A stretch of DNA of 64,000 bases from the NCBI GenBank assembly GCA_964413365.1, contig CAYPRM010000005.1:1234-65233 (forward strand), written 5' to 3'. The notes beneath the pieces are model-generated. The model saw only the letters and a program-made list of their open reading frames with translations. It made no database searches and was not told the DNA's origin. Both the position numbers and the translations under genes were made by a program. Positions 1-8,606 of the stretch are shown here, in pieces; position 1 is the stretch's first letter, and each line of letters opens with the position of its first letter. The stretch is from an uncultured Lachnospiraceae bacterium. GTDB lineage: Bacteria; Bacillota; Clostridia; Oscillospirales; CAG-272.

Positions 1-685
1 TTGTGAGATACTGTGAATATTCCGCGACGATCCTGCGATAAAATACAGTACCGTCCTCGCCACCGTAAAGTGCGGCGTATGGTTCTCTTTTCACCTCGGG
101 TGAGAGTGTCTCTATGACCTCGGGGCGGATGTACGGGGGGTTTGAGATCACGGCATCAAAGGTATCACCGAGCATCTCGCCGTCCTCGCAAAGAACATCA
201 AGGCACACGAATCTCACGCGCGGCGAAGCTCCGTTAAGCTCGGCGTTCTGCTGTGCAAGCTCAAGCGTATCCTCAAATTTATCGACCGCCACGGCGGTAG
301 TATCCTCCCTCTCTGCGAGAGTTGATATCGCTATACAGCCGCTACCCGTGCAGAGGTCAAGAAAATGTGCGCCGTGCGGAAGAAGGCGGATCGCATGCTC
401 CACGACGTGCTCCGTATCGGGGCGCGGTATTAGGCATCGGTGATCCACCGCGTAGGTCTGGCGGTAGAAATCCCATTTGCCGACGATATACTGCAATGGC
501 TCATGCTCAATGCGGCGTGCGATTGCGTCGGAGAGGCGTTTTTCGTTTCCGAGGTCTGCGTTTCTGTTTGAGAGGGCATATTGCAGAGGAATATCGGCAA
601 GGCTTTCAACAAGTATTCTCGCCTCAGTCTCACAATCCTCGGGGGTAACTGCGCGCAGGGCGGACACGAGCTCATTATAATTCAT
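1..685 (-). CDS. prmC: release-factor glutamine N5-methyltransferase PrmC/HemK (3' end runs off the window)
   Basis: My own minus-strand translation from ATG at 685 gives MNYNELVSALRAVT...CTGSGCIAIS...FDAVISNPPYI...GGEDGTVFYRRIV. This shows a class I SAM fold plus the NPPY motif. It is absent from the ORF track because the frame stays open to the window edge. Confidence 0.85.
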   Translation of the reverse strand, partial: MNYNELVSALRAVTPEDCETEARILVESLADIPLQYALSNRNADLGNEKRLSDAIARRIEHEPLQYIVGKWDFYRQTYAVDHRCLIPRPDTEHVVEHAIRLLPHGAHFLDLCTGSGCIAISTLAEREDTTAVAVDKFEDTLELAQQNAELNGASPRVRFVCLDVLCEDGEMLGDTFDAVISNPPYIRPEVIETLSPEVKREPYAALYGGEDGTVFYRRIVAEYSQYLT

Positions 686-789
686 ATCTTCCTCAATAAA
701 TTTTAATAATTTTTTTGCTCAAAAATATTGCTTTTTTTGCGTATAAATGGTATACTGTAATTAGAAAATTATTATTGGAGGTTTATTCT

Positions 790-1017
790 ATGGAAAAAAG
801 AACAAACTACGGCAAGATCTTCGCCGTTACGCTGGCAGTGGTGGCAGGCTTTACTGCTATCGCTCTCGTTGTATACAAGCTTTTCGTGAAGGACCTCGCC
901 AAGGTCTATGCACACGACGAGGACTGCGATGAGCTCTTCTCTGAGGGAGATGACAACTGCGAGTGCGAGTGCGTCCAGTGCGACGAGCCCGTAGCAGACA
1001 CACCCGTCGAGGAATAA
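790..1017 (+). CDS. small single-pass membrane protein with Cys-rich acidic tail (hypothetical)
   Basis: Lies within ORF 715..1017. GGAGG sits 8 nt upstream of ATG 790. There is one hydrophobic helix (IFAVTLAVVAGFTAIALVVYKLF) followed by DEDCDELFSEGDDNCECECVQCDEP. A hairpin terminator follows. Confidence 0.55.
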   Translation: MEKRTNYGKIFAVTLAVVAGFTAIALVVYKLFVKDLAKVYAHDEDCDELFSEGDDNCECECVQCDEPVADTPVEE

Positions 1018-1034
1018 CTGCACAGCCGTGATCA

Positions 1035-1066
1035 AAGAGCCTTTCTTTCGAAGGGCTCTTTTTTCT
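1035..1066. terminator. hairpin plus T-run between convergent genes
   Basis: AAGAGCC...GGCTCTT stem followed by TTTTTT, between the stop at 1017 (+) and the stop at 1082 (-). Confidence 0.6.
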
Positions 1067-1081
1067 TTTATTCAACTTATT

Positions 1082-2056
1082 TTAACGCTTCATAAGCTTT
1101 TGCGCACGCACATCTGTGCCAGAAAAGAACAGAACGGTATATTCGCCGAGCAGACGGCTCGCTATGCGATCGTTATACTTCTTCAAAAGGTCATCCTTCG
1201 AGAAATTGGTGCTGACGACAGTCGGCTTTTTTCTGCTGAGGCGGTCATTGAGCAATCCGTAGAGCGTCGAGACGGTGAACTGATTGATTATCTCCGTTCC
1301 GAGGTCATCTATTATAAGCAGGTCGCACTCGTAGTAGCGTTCGATAAGCTCATTAGGCTCATTGGAATAGGTCTTGAACCTCTGCACCTCAAAGGTGGAG
1401 AAAAGGTCCGTCGCTCCCGTATAGAAAACGTCATTTCCACGCTCGATGACACGCTTTGCAACAGCACTCGACAGATGCGTTTTGCCGAGTCCCGTGCCGC
1501 CCATCATAAGTATGCTCTGCGACTCCCTCGGGCTAAAGGTATCCGCATAGCTCTGCAAGAACTCGTAATTTCTGCGCATCATTTCATACGCCTTAGGGCT
1601 TGACTTATAATAATCGAGCGAAAAGCTCTCAAAGGTCTGCTGTGCTATGAGCTCGCCGAAGCCGCTGTTCTCTATTCCCGCAAGGGTGAGTGCCTCACGC
1701 ATGCAGGAGCACATTTTATTATCGACAAAGCCCGTATCGCTACATATCGGGCAGTCGTATTTCACGTCGGAATAGTCCTCGGGGTAGCCGTTATCACGAA
1801 GGATCTGTGCTCTCCTTGCCTGAAGGTCAAGATTTTTTCTTTTTACCTCGTCGAGCTTCTCGCGATAGCCCTCGCCCGAGAGAGAGGCGGAGAATATCTC
1901 AAGTCCCGCAAGGGATAGCTCCCTATCAATGGTCGCGACCTCGGGCAGGCGTGCGTGGAGCTCGCTCTGACGCATCTGCGCGCGCTCACGCGCTATGAGG
2001 TATTTCTGACTGTATTCGTCGTATATTCTTTTATAGATGGAATTATTGTAACCCAT
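1082..2056 (-). CDS. DnaC/DnaI-type replicative helicase loader (AAA+ ATPase)
   Basis: Walker A GGTGLGKTHL, Walker B LLIIDDLG, and an N-terminal Cys cluster CPICSDTGF..CSC. It sits directly downstream of a DnaD-domain gene, as in the B. subtilis dnaB-dnaI pair. Confidence 0.8.
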   Translation of the reverse strand: MGYNNSIYKRIYDEYSQKYLIARERAQMRQSELHARLPEVATIDRELSLAGLEIFSASLSGEGYREKLDEVKRKNLDLQARRAQILRDNGYPEDYSDVKYDCPICSDTGFVDNKMCSCMREALTLAGIENSGFGELIAQQTFESFSLDYYKSSPKAYEMMRRNYEFLQSYADTFSPRESQSILMMGGTGLGKTHLSSAVAKRVIERGNDVFYTGATDLFSTFEVQRFKTYSNEPNELIERYYECDLLIIDDLGTEIINQFTVSTLYGLLNDRLSRKKPTVVSTNFSKDDLLKKYNDRIASRLLGEYTVLFFSGTDVRAQKLMKR

Positions 2057-2064
2057 ATCTGCTC

Positions 2065-3105
2065 CTATTTTTTATCTGCGTAGCTTCTTTCGATAGCCGC
2101 GTTAAAGAAATCGTCGATATTGAAGCTCGAGCCCTCCTCGGTGCGCTCGCTCTCACGCTGCGCGATAGCCGCCTCGGCATCCTCAAGCGTGCGGACTCCG
2201 TTTGTATACCATCTCTCGAGTATTGCGTGGGCGTAGGGTATCGAGGGCTTGCCTGTGGCGTTTATGGTGATATCATAAGCCTTCTCGATGATATCCGTGC
2301 CGTAGCCGAAGTCGCCCGACCACTTGCTTATGCAGGTCTTCTCCTTGGAGTTGAACTTTCTTGTGCCTATGCCGAACATCGACCTGATCTTGCCCTCAAA
2401 GCTTGCTCTTGCCTCTCTTGCGCGAAGCTCATTTTCAAGCGAGGGTGCGTCGGTATATCCGTCATCAAGGCAGGAGACGGCGAGCTTTTCTATGTATCTG
2501 AGCGATTTCTGCTCATTTTTAGCAGCGAAATGCATGAGCAGGATTATATAGTCATTATCCAGCCCAAAGTAGTCCACAAGTCCCATTATGACCTTGATAT
2601 CCGCGGCAGTGAAGATCTTACCGAGGATGTTCTGGCACTCGTCGATGAGTCCCACGACCTGTGAGTGCCTTGCGAGCAGTTCATTCAGCTCGGCGCTCGT
2701 ATACTGCGGAAGATCGCTGACTCTTGCACGCTTGGGCGTTTCCTGACGTCCTGAGTGCTCCTTTGCGCTCTCCTGCTTTTCCTTATCTGCCTTCTCTGTC
2801 TTTTCGGTCTTTTCAGTTTTTTCTGTCTTTTTCTCGGTGCTATCCTCGATCTCTGTGGAGGTCAAAATTCCCGTTCCGCGCCAAAATGCGATGGACGCGC
2901 TGACGTCCTCCTCCTCGCCAGACAGCACATCTGCGATGGCGGAAATGTAATTTCCCTCCCTATATTTTTCGGAGGATGCGATGAGCAGGAGCACCTTGAG
3001 GTCAAATTTTTTCGCCTTATCGACGTAAGAAAACGCCTCTGCAGGGAGAGCCGCAAGCCCCGTACCGTAATTTATAACGATCCTCGTTTTTTCCTTCTTT
3101 TTCAT
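2065..3105 (-). CDS. DnaD-domain replication initiation / membrane attachment protein (DnaB_2-like)
   Basis: ORF 2065..3156. I prefer ATG 3105 (MKKKEKTRIV...) because ATG 3156 would overlap the rex stop at 3128. The C-terminal DnaD-like repeats include ...ILERWYTNGVRT. An acidic (TEK)n linker is present. Confidence 0.7.
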   Translation of the reverse strand: MKKKEKTRIVINYGTGLAALPAEAFSYVDKAKKFDLKVLLLIASSEKYREGNYISAIADVLSGEEEDVSASIAFWRGTGILTSTEIEDSTEKKTEKTEKTEKTEKADKEKQESAKEHSGRQETPKRARVSDLPQYTSAELNELLARHSQVVGLIDECQNILGKIFTAADIKVIMGLVDYFGLDNDYIILLMHFAAKNEQKSLRYIEKLAVSCLDDGYTDAPSLENELRAREARASFEGKIRSMFGIGTRKFNSKEKTCISKWSGDFGYGTDIIEKAYDITINATGKPSIPYAHAILERWYTNGVRTLEDAEAAIAQRESERTEEGSSFNIDDFFNAAIERSYADKK

Positions 3106-3127
3106 ATCCGAAATGTCCGATCTGTCT

Positions 3128-3811
3128 TTATTTTTCGTCGGTGCTTCTGTGTGCAAGGCGGTAATTCAGCGTCATAAGTGAGTCTCCGAGGTGGACGTTC
3201 TCAACGATCACGCCGCCCTCGATGGAATCAAGCTCCTGACCTGTGAAATTCCATATACCGCCGATATCGGCGTCCGCTATTCTCTGCGCCATCTCGAGCG
3301 CATGATCCTTCGGCAGGGTGAGCACCGCCATATCAACGGTGTGCGTGGCGGCATATTTTTCGAAATCGTCCACGTGCAGGATCGGTATATCGTTTACTGT
3401 CGTGCCGACGAGCGATCTGTCAATATCGAATATCGCGACGATATCGACGCCCCTCTTCTCGAACATCTCGTTCTTCGCAAGGGCACGTCCGAGGTTTCCG
3501 CCGCCGATTATGACCGCCTGAAAGCCCGAGCCGACGCCGAGAAGCTCGCAGATCCTCGCATAGAGGTAGTTGACGTTGTAGCCGTAGCCCTGCTGTCCGA
3601 AGCCTCCGAAGCAGTTAAGGTCCTGCCTTATCTGGCTTGCGGTTATATTCATTCTGCGTGAGAGCTCGGCGGAGCTTATTCTCGACTTTCCCTCACGTAT
3701 GAGTATCCTTAAGTATCTGAAATATCGCGGAAGTCGCTTTATGACCGCGTCGCTGATATTTTCCTTGAGCGTTATCGGCTCCTCGTTATTCAAATTTTCC
3801 ATATCCTTCAT
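3128..3811 (-). CDS. rex: redox-sensing transcriptional repressor Rex
   Basis: IKRLPRYFRYLRIL...ISSAELSRRMNITASQIRQDLNCFGGFGQQGYGYNV followed by the Rossmann motif IIGGGNLG. GTGAGGA RBS lies upstream of ATG 3811. Confidence 0.9.
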   Translation of the reverse strand: MKDMENLNNEEPITLKENISDAVIKRLPRYFRYLRILIREGKSRISSAELSRRMNITASQIRQDLNCFGGFGQQGYGYNVNYLYARICELLGVGSGFQAVIIGGGNLGRALAKNEMFEKRGVDIVAIFDIDRSLVGTTVNDIPILHVDDFEKYAATHTVDMAVLTLPKDHALEMAQRIADADIGGIWNFTGQELDSIEGGVIVENVHLGDSLMTLNYRLAHRSTDEK

Positions 3812-3897
3812 TTTTTATGTCCTCACTTTTATTAGCATCGTTAAAATATTGGTTTTACACATCCGAGTGGGCGTAAAAGCCCTTTATTTATCGGGTT

Positions 3898-3940
3898 TTC
3901 CACAGTTTCCACAGAGTTTTCCACAGGTCACCTGTGGAAA
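3898..3940. repeat. TTCCACAG x3 direct repeats plus one inverted copy (9-bp-stem palindrome) in the tsaD-rex spacer
   Basis: TTCCACAG at 3898, 3907 and 3919; CCTGTGGAA at 3931-3939. No U-tract follows on either strand. Confidence 0.7.
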
Positions 3941-3970
3941 TTGCGTATTGGCGAACGTGTGTAGCGAAAT

Positions 3971-4984
3971 TCAGTCGAGCGGTGAATACGCGCACGCATT
4001 AAGGCTCGTTGTGGCGAGATTTCCTCTCTGAAATTCATAATATCCTGCAAGTGCGATCATCGCTCCGTTATCTCCGCAGAGGGATCTGTCGGGCAGGACG
4101 AATTTCACGCCACGACGCTCGCAGAGTCTTGACACGCTTGAGCGCAGGTGGGAATTTGCCGCAACGCCGCCCGATATCGCAAGGGACTGTGCTCCGCTCT
4201 CACCAAGTGCCGCGTCGAGCTTTTCGGTAATGGCTCTGACCACCGTATCGGTATACGATGCGGCGACGTCGGCATAGCTTATGGGAGTTCCCTTTTGCGT
4301 GCTTGAATTTATATAGTTGAGTGCGCTCGTTTTCAGTCCTGAGAAGGAGAAATCGAGGTTATCGCCATGGAGTGCGGGGGACGGGAATTTTATCGCCTTG
4401 GGATCGCCCTCGTAGGCGAGCTTATCAAGTGCCGCGCCGCCCGGGTACGGCATTCCCATTACTCTTGCTATCTTATCAAAGGACTCGCCTGCCGCGTCGT
4501 CGCGCGTCGTACCGAGCTCCTCAAAATCCGCATAGTCGCGCACGCGGTATATTGCGGTATGTCCGCCCGAGACGACGAGTGCGAGGAAGGGTGGCTTGAG
4601 CGTTGGATCTGCAAAATACGCCGCCGCAACGTGTCCCTTCACATGATCCACAGGGACAAGGGGGATATTATTTGCAAAGGCAAGGCTTTTCGCAAAATTG
4701 ACTCCGACGAGCAACGCGCCGATGAGCCCCGGGGATGCGGTTACCGCTATTGCTCCGAGGTCGTGCAGGTCTATTTCTGCGACGTCAAGTGCCTCGTGCG
4801 TTATCCTTGAGACTGCCTCGATATGGGCGCGGCTCGCTATCTCGGGAACGACTCCGCCGTACAGACGGTGGACATCTATCTGCGAGGCGATGATATTTGA
4901 ACGTATATGGGGCGTGCCGTCGACTATCTCGACCACAGATGCGGACGTTTCGTCGCACGAGCTCTCCATTCCTAAAATGTACAT
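3971..4984 (-). CDS. tsaD: tRNA N6-adenosine threonylcarbamoyltransferase TsaD (Kae1/Gcp)
   Basis: MYILGMESSCDETSASVV...VDHVKGH...SGGVAAN, full length at 337 aa. Confidence 0.95.
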   Translation of the reverse strand: MYILGMESSCDETSASVVEIVDGTPHIRSNIIASQIDVHRLYGGVVPEIASRAHIEAVSRITHEALDVAEIDLHDLGAIAVTASPGLIGALLVGVNFAKSLAFANNIPLVPVDHVKGHVAAAYFADPTLKPPFLALVVSGGHTAIYRVRDYADFEELGTTRDDAAGESFDKIARVMGMPYPGGAALDKLAYEGDPKAIKFPSPALHGDNLDFSFSGLKTSALNYINSSTQKGTPISYADVAASYTDTVVRAITEKLDAALGESGAQSLAISGGVAANSHLRSSVSRLCERRGVKFVLPDRSLCGDNGAMIALAGYYEFQRGNLATTSLNACAYSPLD

Positions 4985-5021
4985 TTTTATGATACTCCGT
5001 TAATGCTTGATTATTTTATAC

Positions 5022-5468
5022 TTATATTTCCTTCACCATGATGAGTGCGTCCTCACGCGGTGCGGAATAAAAATTTCTTCTCTCGCCTACCGTGGCAAAG
5101 CCGAGAGAGGAATACAGCTCGATCGCCGCAGAATTGCTCCTTCTGACCTCAAGGGAGACGGTGGCTATACCTCTTTTCTCACACTCCGAGAGTACGAGTC
5201 CCATAACATCGCGTGCAATTCCCTGCCTGCGGAACGAGATATCCGTGCCGAGGTCGATTATCTGTGCCTCGTCGAGCACGAGCATGACCGTGCAATATCC
5301 CACGGGCGCTTCATTCTCAAGGCAGACAGCGCAAAAGCCGCCCTCGCCGCAAAATATTCCGAGTGCCTCCACACTGCGAGCGTCGCCGAATATCTCGGTC
5401 TCCATTTTTGCAATGCTCTCGAGTCTATCCGACGTGGCTATCATCAGCTCTCGCATATCAATAGCCAA
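5022..5468 (-). CDS. rimI: ribosomal-protein-alanine N-acetyltransferase RimI (GNAT)
   Basis: GNAT core RRQGIARDVM, with the classic position next to tsaD. The start is either TTG 5468 or ATG 5456 and remains unresolved. Confidence 0.8.
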   Translation of the reverse strand: MAIDMRELMIATSDRLESIAKMETEIFGDARSVEALGIFCGEGGFCAVCLENEAPVGYCTVMLVLDEAQIIDLGTDISFRRQGIARDVMGLVLSECEKRGIATVSLEVRRSNSAAIELYSSLGFATVGERRNFYSAPREDALIMVKEI

Positions 5469-5946
5469 AGCTTCCCGAGAGGGAGTCGTCGTTATCTATC
5501 CATTCGTTTACGTCGATCACGCGGAAGCTCTGCTTATCGTCACGGACGACGACGTAGGAGATGCCTGCGTTTATGACCTGACGCTTGCACATCATACAGC
5601 TCGTACAGCCTGCTATGAGGGAGTCATCCGTCGGATCGACGCACGCCATATAGAGCGTTGCACCAAGCATCTGATCACGCGGTGCGGCGATGATGGCGTT
5701 TGCCTCGGCGTGCACCGATCTGCAGAGCTCGTACCTCTCTCCGCGCGGAATACAAAGCTTCTCACGCATACAGTACTTAAGCTCATTGCAGTTTTTTCTG
5801 CCTCGGGGCGCGCCGTTATAGCCCGTCGATATGATGACGTCATTCTTCACGATTATTGCGCCGTACTTTTTACGCATACAGGTGCTACGCTCAGCGACCG
5901 TCTGCGCGATATCGAGATAATAATTTTCCTTTGAGATCCTGTCCAT
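5458..5946 (-). CDS. deoxycytidylate (dCMP) deaminase, ComEB-type
   Basis: Zinc deaminase motifs HAEANAI and CTSCMMC, 162 aa. Confidence 0.85.
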   Translation of the reverse strand: MDRISKENYYLDIAQTVAERSTCMRKKYGAIIVKNDVIISTGYNGAPRGRKNCNELKYCMREKLCIPRGERYELCRSVHAEANAIIAAPRDQMLGATLYMACVDPTDDSLIAGCTSCMMCKRQVINAGISYVVVRDDKQSFRVIDVNEWIDNDDSLSGSFGY

Positions 5947-6043
5947 ATTCTTCTCCGTTCAGGGTGTGCACATATTTATACATAGTATATTATAAAATAA
6001 ACCGACGATAAAATCAAGGGGTTTTTGAAATTTCGGCAAAAAA

Positions 6044-6072
6044 AGAAAAAAAGAGCCAAAAAGGCTCTCTTT
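6044..6072 (-). terminator. intrinsic terminator after the small membrane protein gene
   Basis: AGAGCC-AAAAA-GGCTCT hairpin. The A-run on the + strand gives a U-tract on the minus strand. Confidence 0.6.
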
Positions 6073-6081
6073 TATCTGCGA

Positions 6082-6327
6082 TCAGTTCGCAAAAACGGTA
6101 ATCCTGCCACGAGTAAGCTCGCTGATGATGTCGAGCACCGCAAGAACGAAATTTCCAACACCCGTAACGAGTCCGAGAATACCTACCACGAGGGTAACGA
6201 TATTCTTGTTTTCAAGGAATCTAATTATCCTGTATATGGGAGAGATAAATGCTCCGGCGAAAAGAAGGAGAATGATCTTAGCCCAAAGAGGAAGATCCTC
6301 AAAATACTCAGTGATTTTCTTGTCCAT
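6082..6327 (-). CDS. small two-helix membrane protein (hypothetical)
   Basis: Lies within ORF 6082..6396. AGGAGG sits 8 nt before ATG 6327 (MDKKITEYF...). It has two hydrophobic segments. I do not recognise a family. Confidence 0.5.
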   Translation of the reverse strand: MDKKITEYFEDLPLWAKIILLLFAGAFISPIYRIIRFLENKNIVTLVVGILGLVTGVGNFVLAVLDIISELTRGRITVFAN

Positions 6328-6445
6328 TTTCAATACCTCCTGTATATATTTTGCTTTAACACACGTTATTTTAATATATTTTATCAAAAATGTCAATAGA
6401 ATTAAAAAAATTTATTTATTTTTGCCAATAATATTTGATAATTTA

Positions 6446-6475
6446 TTGACAAATACCGACTGTTTGTGATAAAAT
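6446..6475 (+). promoter_or_regulatory. sigma-A-type promoter of the reductase/AcnX operon
   Basis: TTGACA (6446-6451), 18-nt spacer, TGaTAAAAT (extended -10, TAAAAT at 6470-6475), about 35 nt before ATG 6512. Confidence 0.55.
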
Positions 6476-6511
6476 TAGTGTATATCATATAAAGAAAGGA
6501 ATCTTTATTTT

Positions 6512-8581
6512 ATGGAAAAACTCGATCCAAAATACTCAGCCCTGTTTGAGCCTTGGAAAATCGGTAATGTCGAGATCAAAAACCGCATAGTAATGTGCCC
6601 CATGGGCGGTACTTCCCTTTTCGGTTGGTTCGAGCTCGGCGGCTGCCACTTTGACAAGGAGGCTGCAAAGCTCTTTATTGAGCGTGCCAACAACAATGTT
6701 GGCCTTATCATCCCCGGTATCGCTCCCCTTCGCGACACCTTCTGGGGCAAATGGCTCTGGCAAAACCCGAAAATGTTTGATGAGCTCAGGGAGTTTATGG
6801 ACGAGATCCATAAGACCGGTGCTAAGCTGTTCATTCAGCTCACCGCCGGAATGGGACGCTCTTGGGCTATAACCGAGTCCATCGCTCCTCTCCACAAGAA
6901 CAAGCTCACACGCGCCATCATCAAGCCCGTTATCGACACGAGCCACGAGCTGGCTTCTCCCAGCCCTCAGCCCTCACGTTGGGCTCCCGACATCACCTGC
7001 CCCGAGATGACCGTAAAGCAGATCCACGAGATCATCGAGGCTTTTGCAAAGACGGCTAAGCTCTGCAAGGACGCAGGCGTCGACGGCGTTGAGGTGCACG
7101 CAGTTCACGAGGGATATCTTCTTGACCAGTTCGCTATCGAATACTTCAACAAGCGCGATGACGAATACGGCGGCTCGTTCGAGAACCGCTTCCGCTTCGC
7201 CGCTGAGGTCGTAAGCGCTATCAAGGACGAGTGCGGAACGGACTTCCCCGTTTCCCTTCGTTACTCCGTTGAGTCCAAGCTCAAGGATTTCTGCTACGGT
7301 GCTATGCCCGGTGAGGAATACACCGAGATCGGCAGAAATATGAAGGAGAGTGAGAGAGCGGCAAGATATCTTCAGGATGCAGGCTACGATATGCTCAATG
7401 CCGACAACGGCACATACGACTCGTGGTACTGGGCTCATCCGCCGATGTACATGCCCGAGAACTGCAACCTCGATGATGTTGCACACATAAAGAAATTCGT
7501 TAACATACCCGTTGTCTGTGCAGGCAGAATGGATCCCGAGGTCGGTGCACGCGCCGTCGCCGAGGGCAAGATCGACGCTATCGGCGTTGCACGTCAGTTC
7601 CTGACTGATCCCGAGTGGGTAACCAAGCTCGTTGAGGACAGGATCGAGGACATAAAGCCCTGTATCTGCTGCCACAGCGGCTGCTTCAACTTCTCGTCCT
7701 CCAAGGGACACGCCAACACGCAGGATCTCACGGACACCATGGGACTTGCACGCTGTGCTCTCAATCCCGAGACGATGCAGTCGAAGAAATATTACGTAAA
7801 GCCTGCCAAGAGGTCCAAGCACGTTGCCATCATAGGCGGCGGTATAGGCGGCATGGAGGCTGCTATACTCTGTGCTAAGCGCGGACACACCGTAACTCTT
7901 TACGAAAAGACCGACAAGCTCGGTGGCGTATTCATCGCCGCTGCCGCTCCCTCCTTCAAGGAGAAGGATCGTGCGCTCATCGCGTGGTATAACCGCGAGA
8001 TCGGAAGATACCCCGAGATAGATATAAGACTTAACACCGAGGTCAAGAGCATTAAGGATATCAAGGCTGACGAGATCATAGTTGCTACGGGTGCTAAGCC
8101 CCGCAAGCTCCACGTCAACGGTGCTCATACAGCCATCGAGGCTATTGATTACCTCCTCGGCAAGCGCGAGGTCGGAGACAGAGTCGTCGTTATCGGCGGC
8201 GGACTCACGGGCTGTGAGATCGCTTATGACCTCTACCTCAAGGGCAAGAAGCCCATTATCGTTGAGGCTCTCGACGACCTTATCACCACTCCAGGCATCT
8301 GCCTTGCAAACACAAGCTTCTTGCGCGACTTCTTCAAGACGAACAACGTTCCCGTTCATCTTGAAACGAGCGTCTGCCAGATCAAGGACGACGGCGTTGT
8401 TGTTAAGCACAAGGACGGCAAGTATGAGACGCTCCGCTGCGACAGCGTTATAACGTCCATAGGCTACAATCCTGCTCCCATTGGCGACTCGTTCGGCGCA
8501 CACGTTATCGGCGACGCTGAAAAGGTCGGAAACCTTCGTTCCGTTATTTGGGGCGCTTGGGATGTGGCAATGAAGATATGA
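6512..8581 (+). CDS. FMN/FAD/[4Fe-4S] NADH:flavin oxidoreductase of the 2,4-dienoyl-CoA reductase / 2-enoate reductase / BaiH family
   Basis: OYE-like N-terminus (IGNVEIKNRIVMCPMGG...HAVHEGYLLDQF), Cys cluster CICCHSGC...C, then two dinucleotide folds (VAIIGGGIGGMEAA, VVVIGGGLTGCEIA). 689 aa. Confidence 0.85.
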   Translation: MEKLDPKYSALFEPWKIGNVEIKNRIVMCPMGGTSLFGWFELGGCHFDKEAAKLFIERANNNVGLIIPGIAPLRDTFWGKWLWQNPKMFDELREFMDEIHKTGAKLFIQLTAGMGRSWAITESIAPLHKNKLTRAIIKPVIDTSHELASPSPQPSRWAPDITCPEMTVKQIHEIIEAFAKTAKLCKDAGVDGVEVHAVHEGYLLDQFAIEYFNKRDDEYGGSFENRFRFAAEVVSAIKDECGTDFPVSLRYSVESKLKDFCYGAMPGEEYTEIGRNMKESERAARYLQDAGYDMLNADNGTYDSWYWAHPPMYMPENCNLDDVAHIKKFVNIPVVCAGRMDPEVGARAVAEGKIDAIGVARQFLTDPEWVTKLVEDRIEDIKPCICCHSGCFNFSSSKGHANTQDLTDTMGLARCALNPETMQSKKYYVKPAKRSKHVAIIGGGIGGMEAAILCAKRGHTVTLYEKTDKLGGVFIAAAAPSFKEKDRALIAWYNREIGRYPEIDIRLNTEVKSIKDIKADEIIVATGAKPRKLHVNGAHTAIEAIDYLLGKREVGDRVVVIGGGLTGCEIAYDLYLKGKKPIIVEALDDLITTPGICLANTSFLRDFFKTNNVPVHLETSVCQIKDDGVVVKHKDGKYETLRCDSVITSIGYNPAPIGDSFGAHVIGDAEKVGNLRSVIWGAWDVAMKI

Positions 8582-8606
8582 TCTCTTGACGAAAGGAAAT
8601 ATTATT

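Noticed and set aside
1082-3105. The DnaD-domain plus DnaC-like pair as a phage or plasmid replication module.
   Set aside because: There is no integrase, repressor, structural or other phage gene nearby. The GC content matches the flanks. The arrangement mirrors the chromosomal dnaB-dnaI operon of B. subtilis, embedded between rex/tsaD and prmC.
3898-3940. Calling the TTCCACAG palindrome a canonical Rex box or the tsaD terminator.
   Set aside because: The half-site differs from TTGTGAA/TTCACAA and its orientation is reversed. No U-tract follows the hairpin on either strand. It is kept only as an unexplained repeat.
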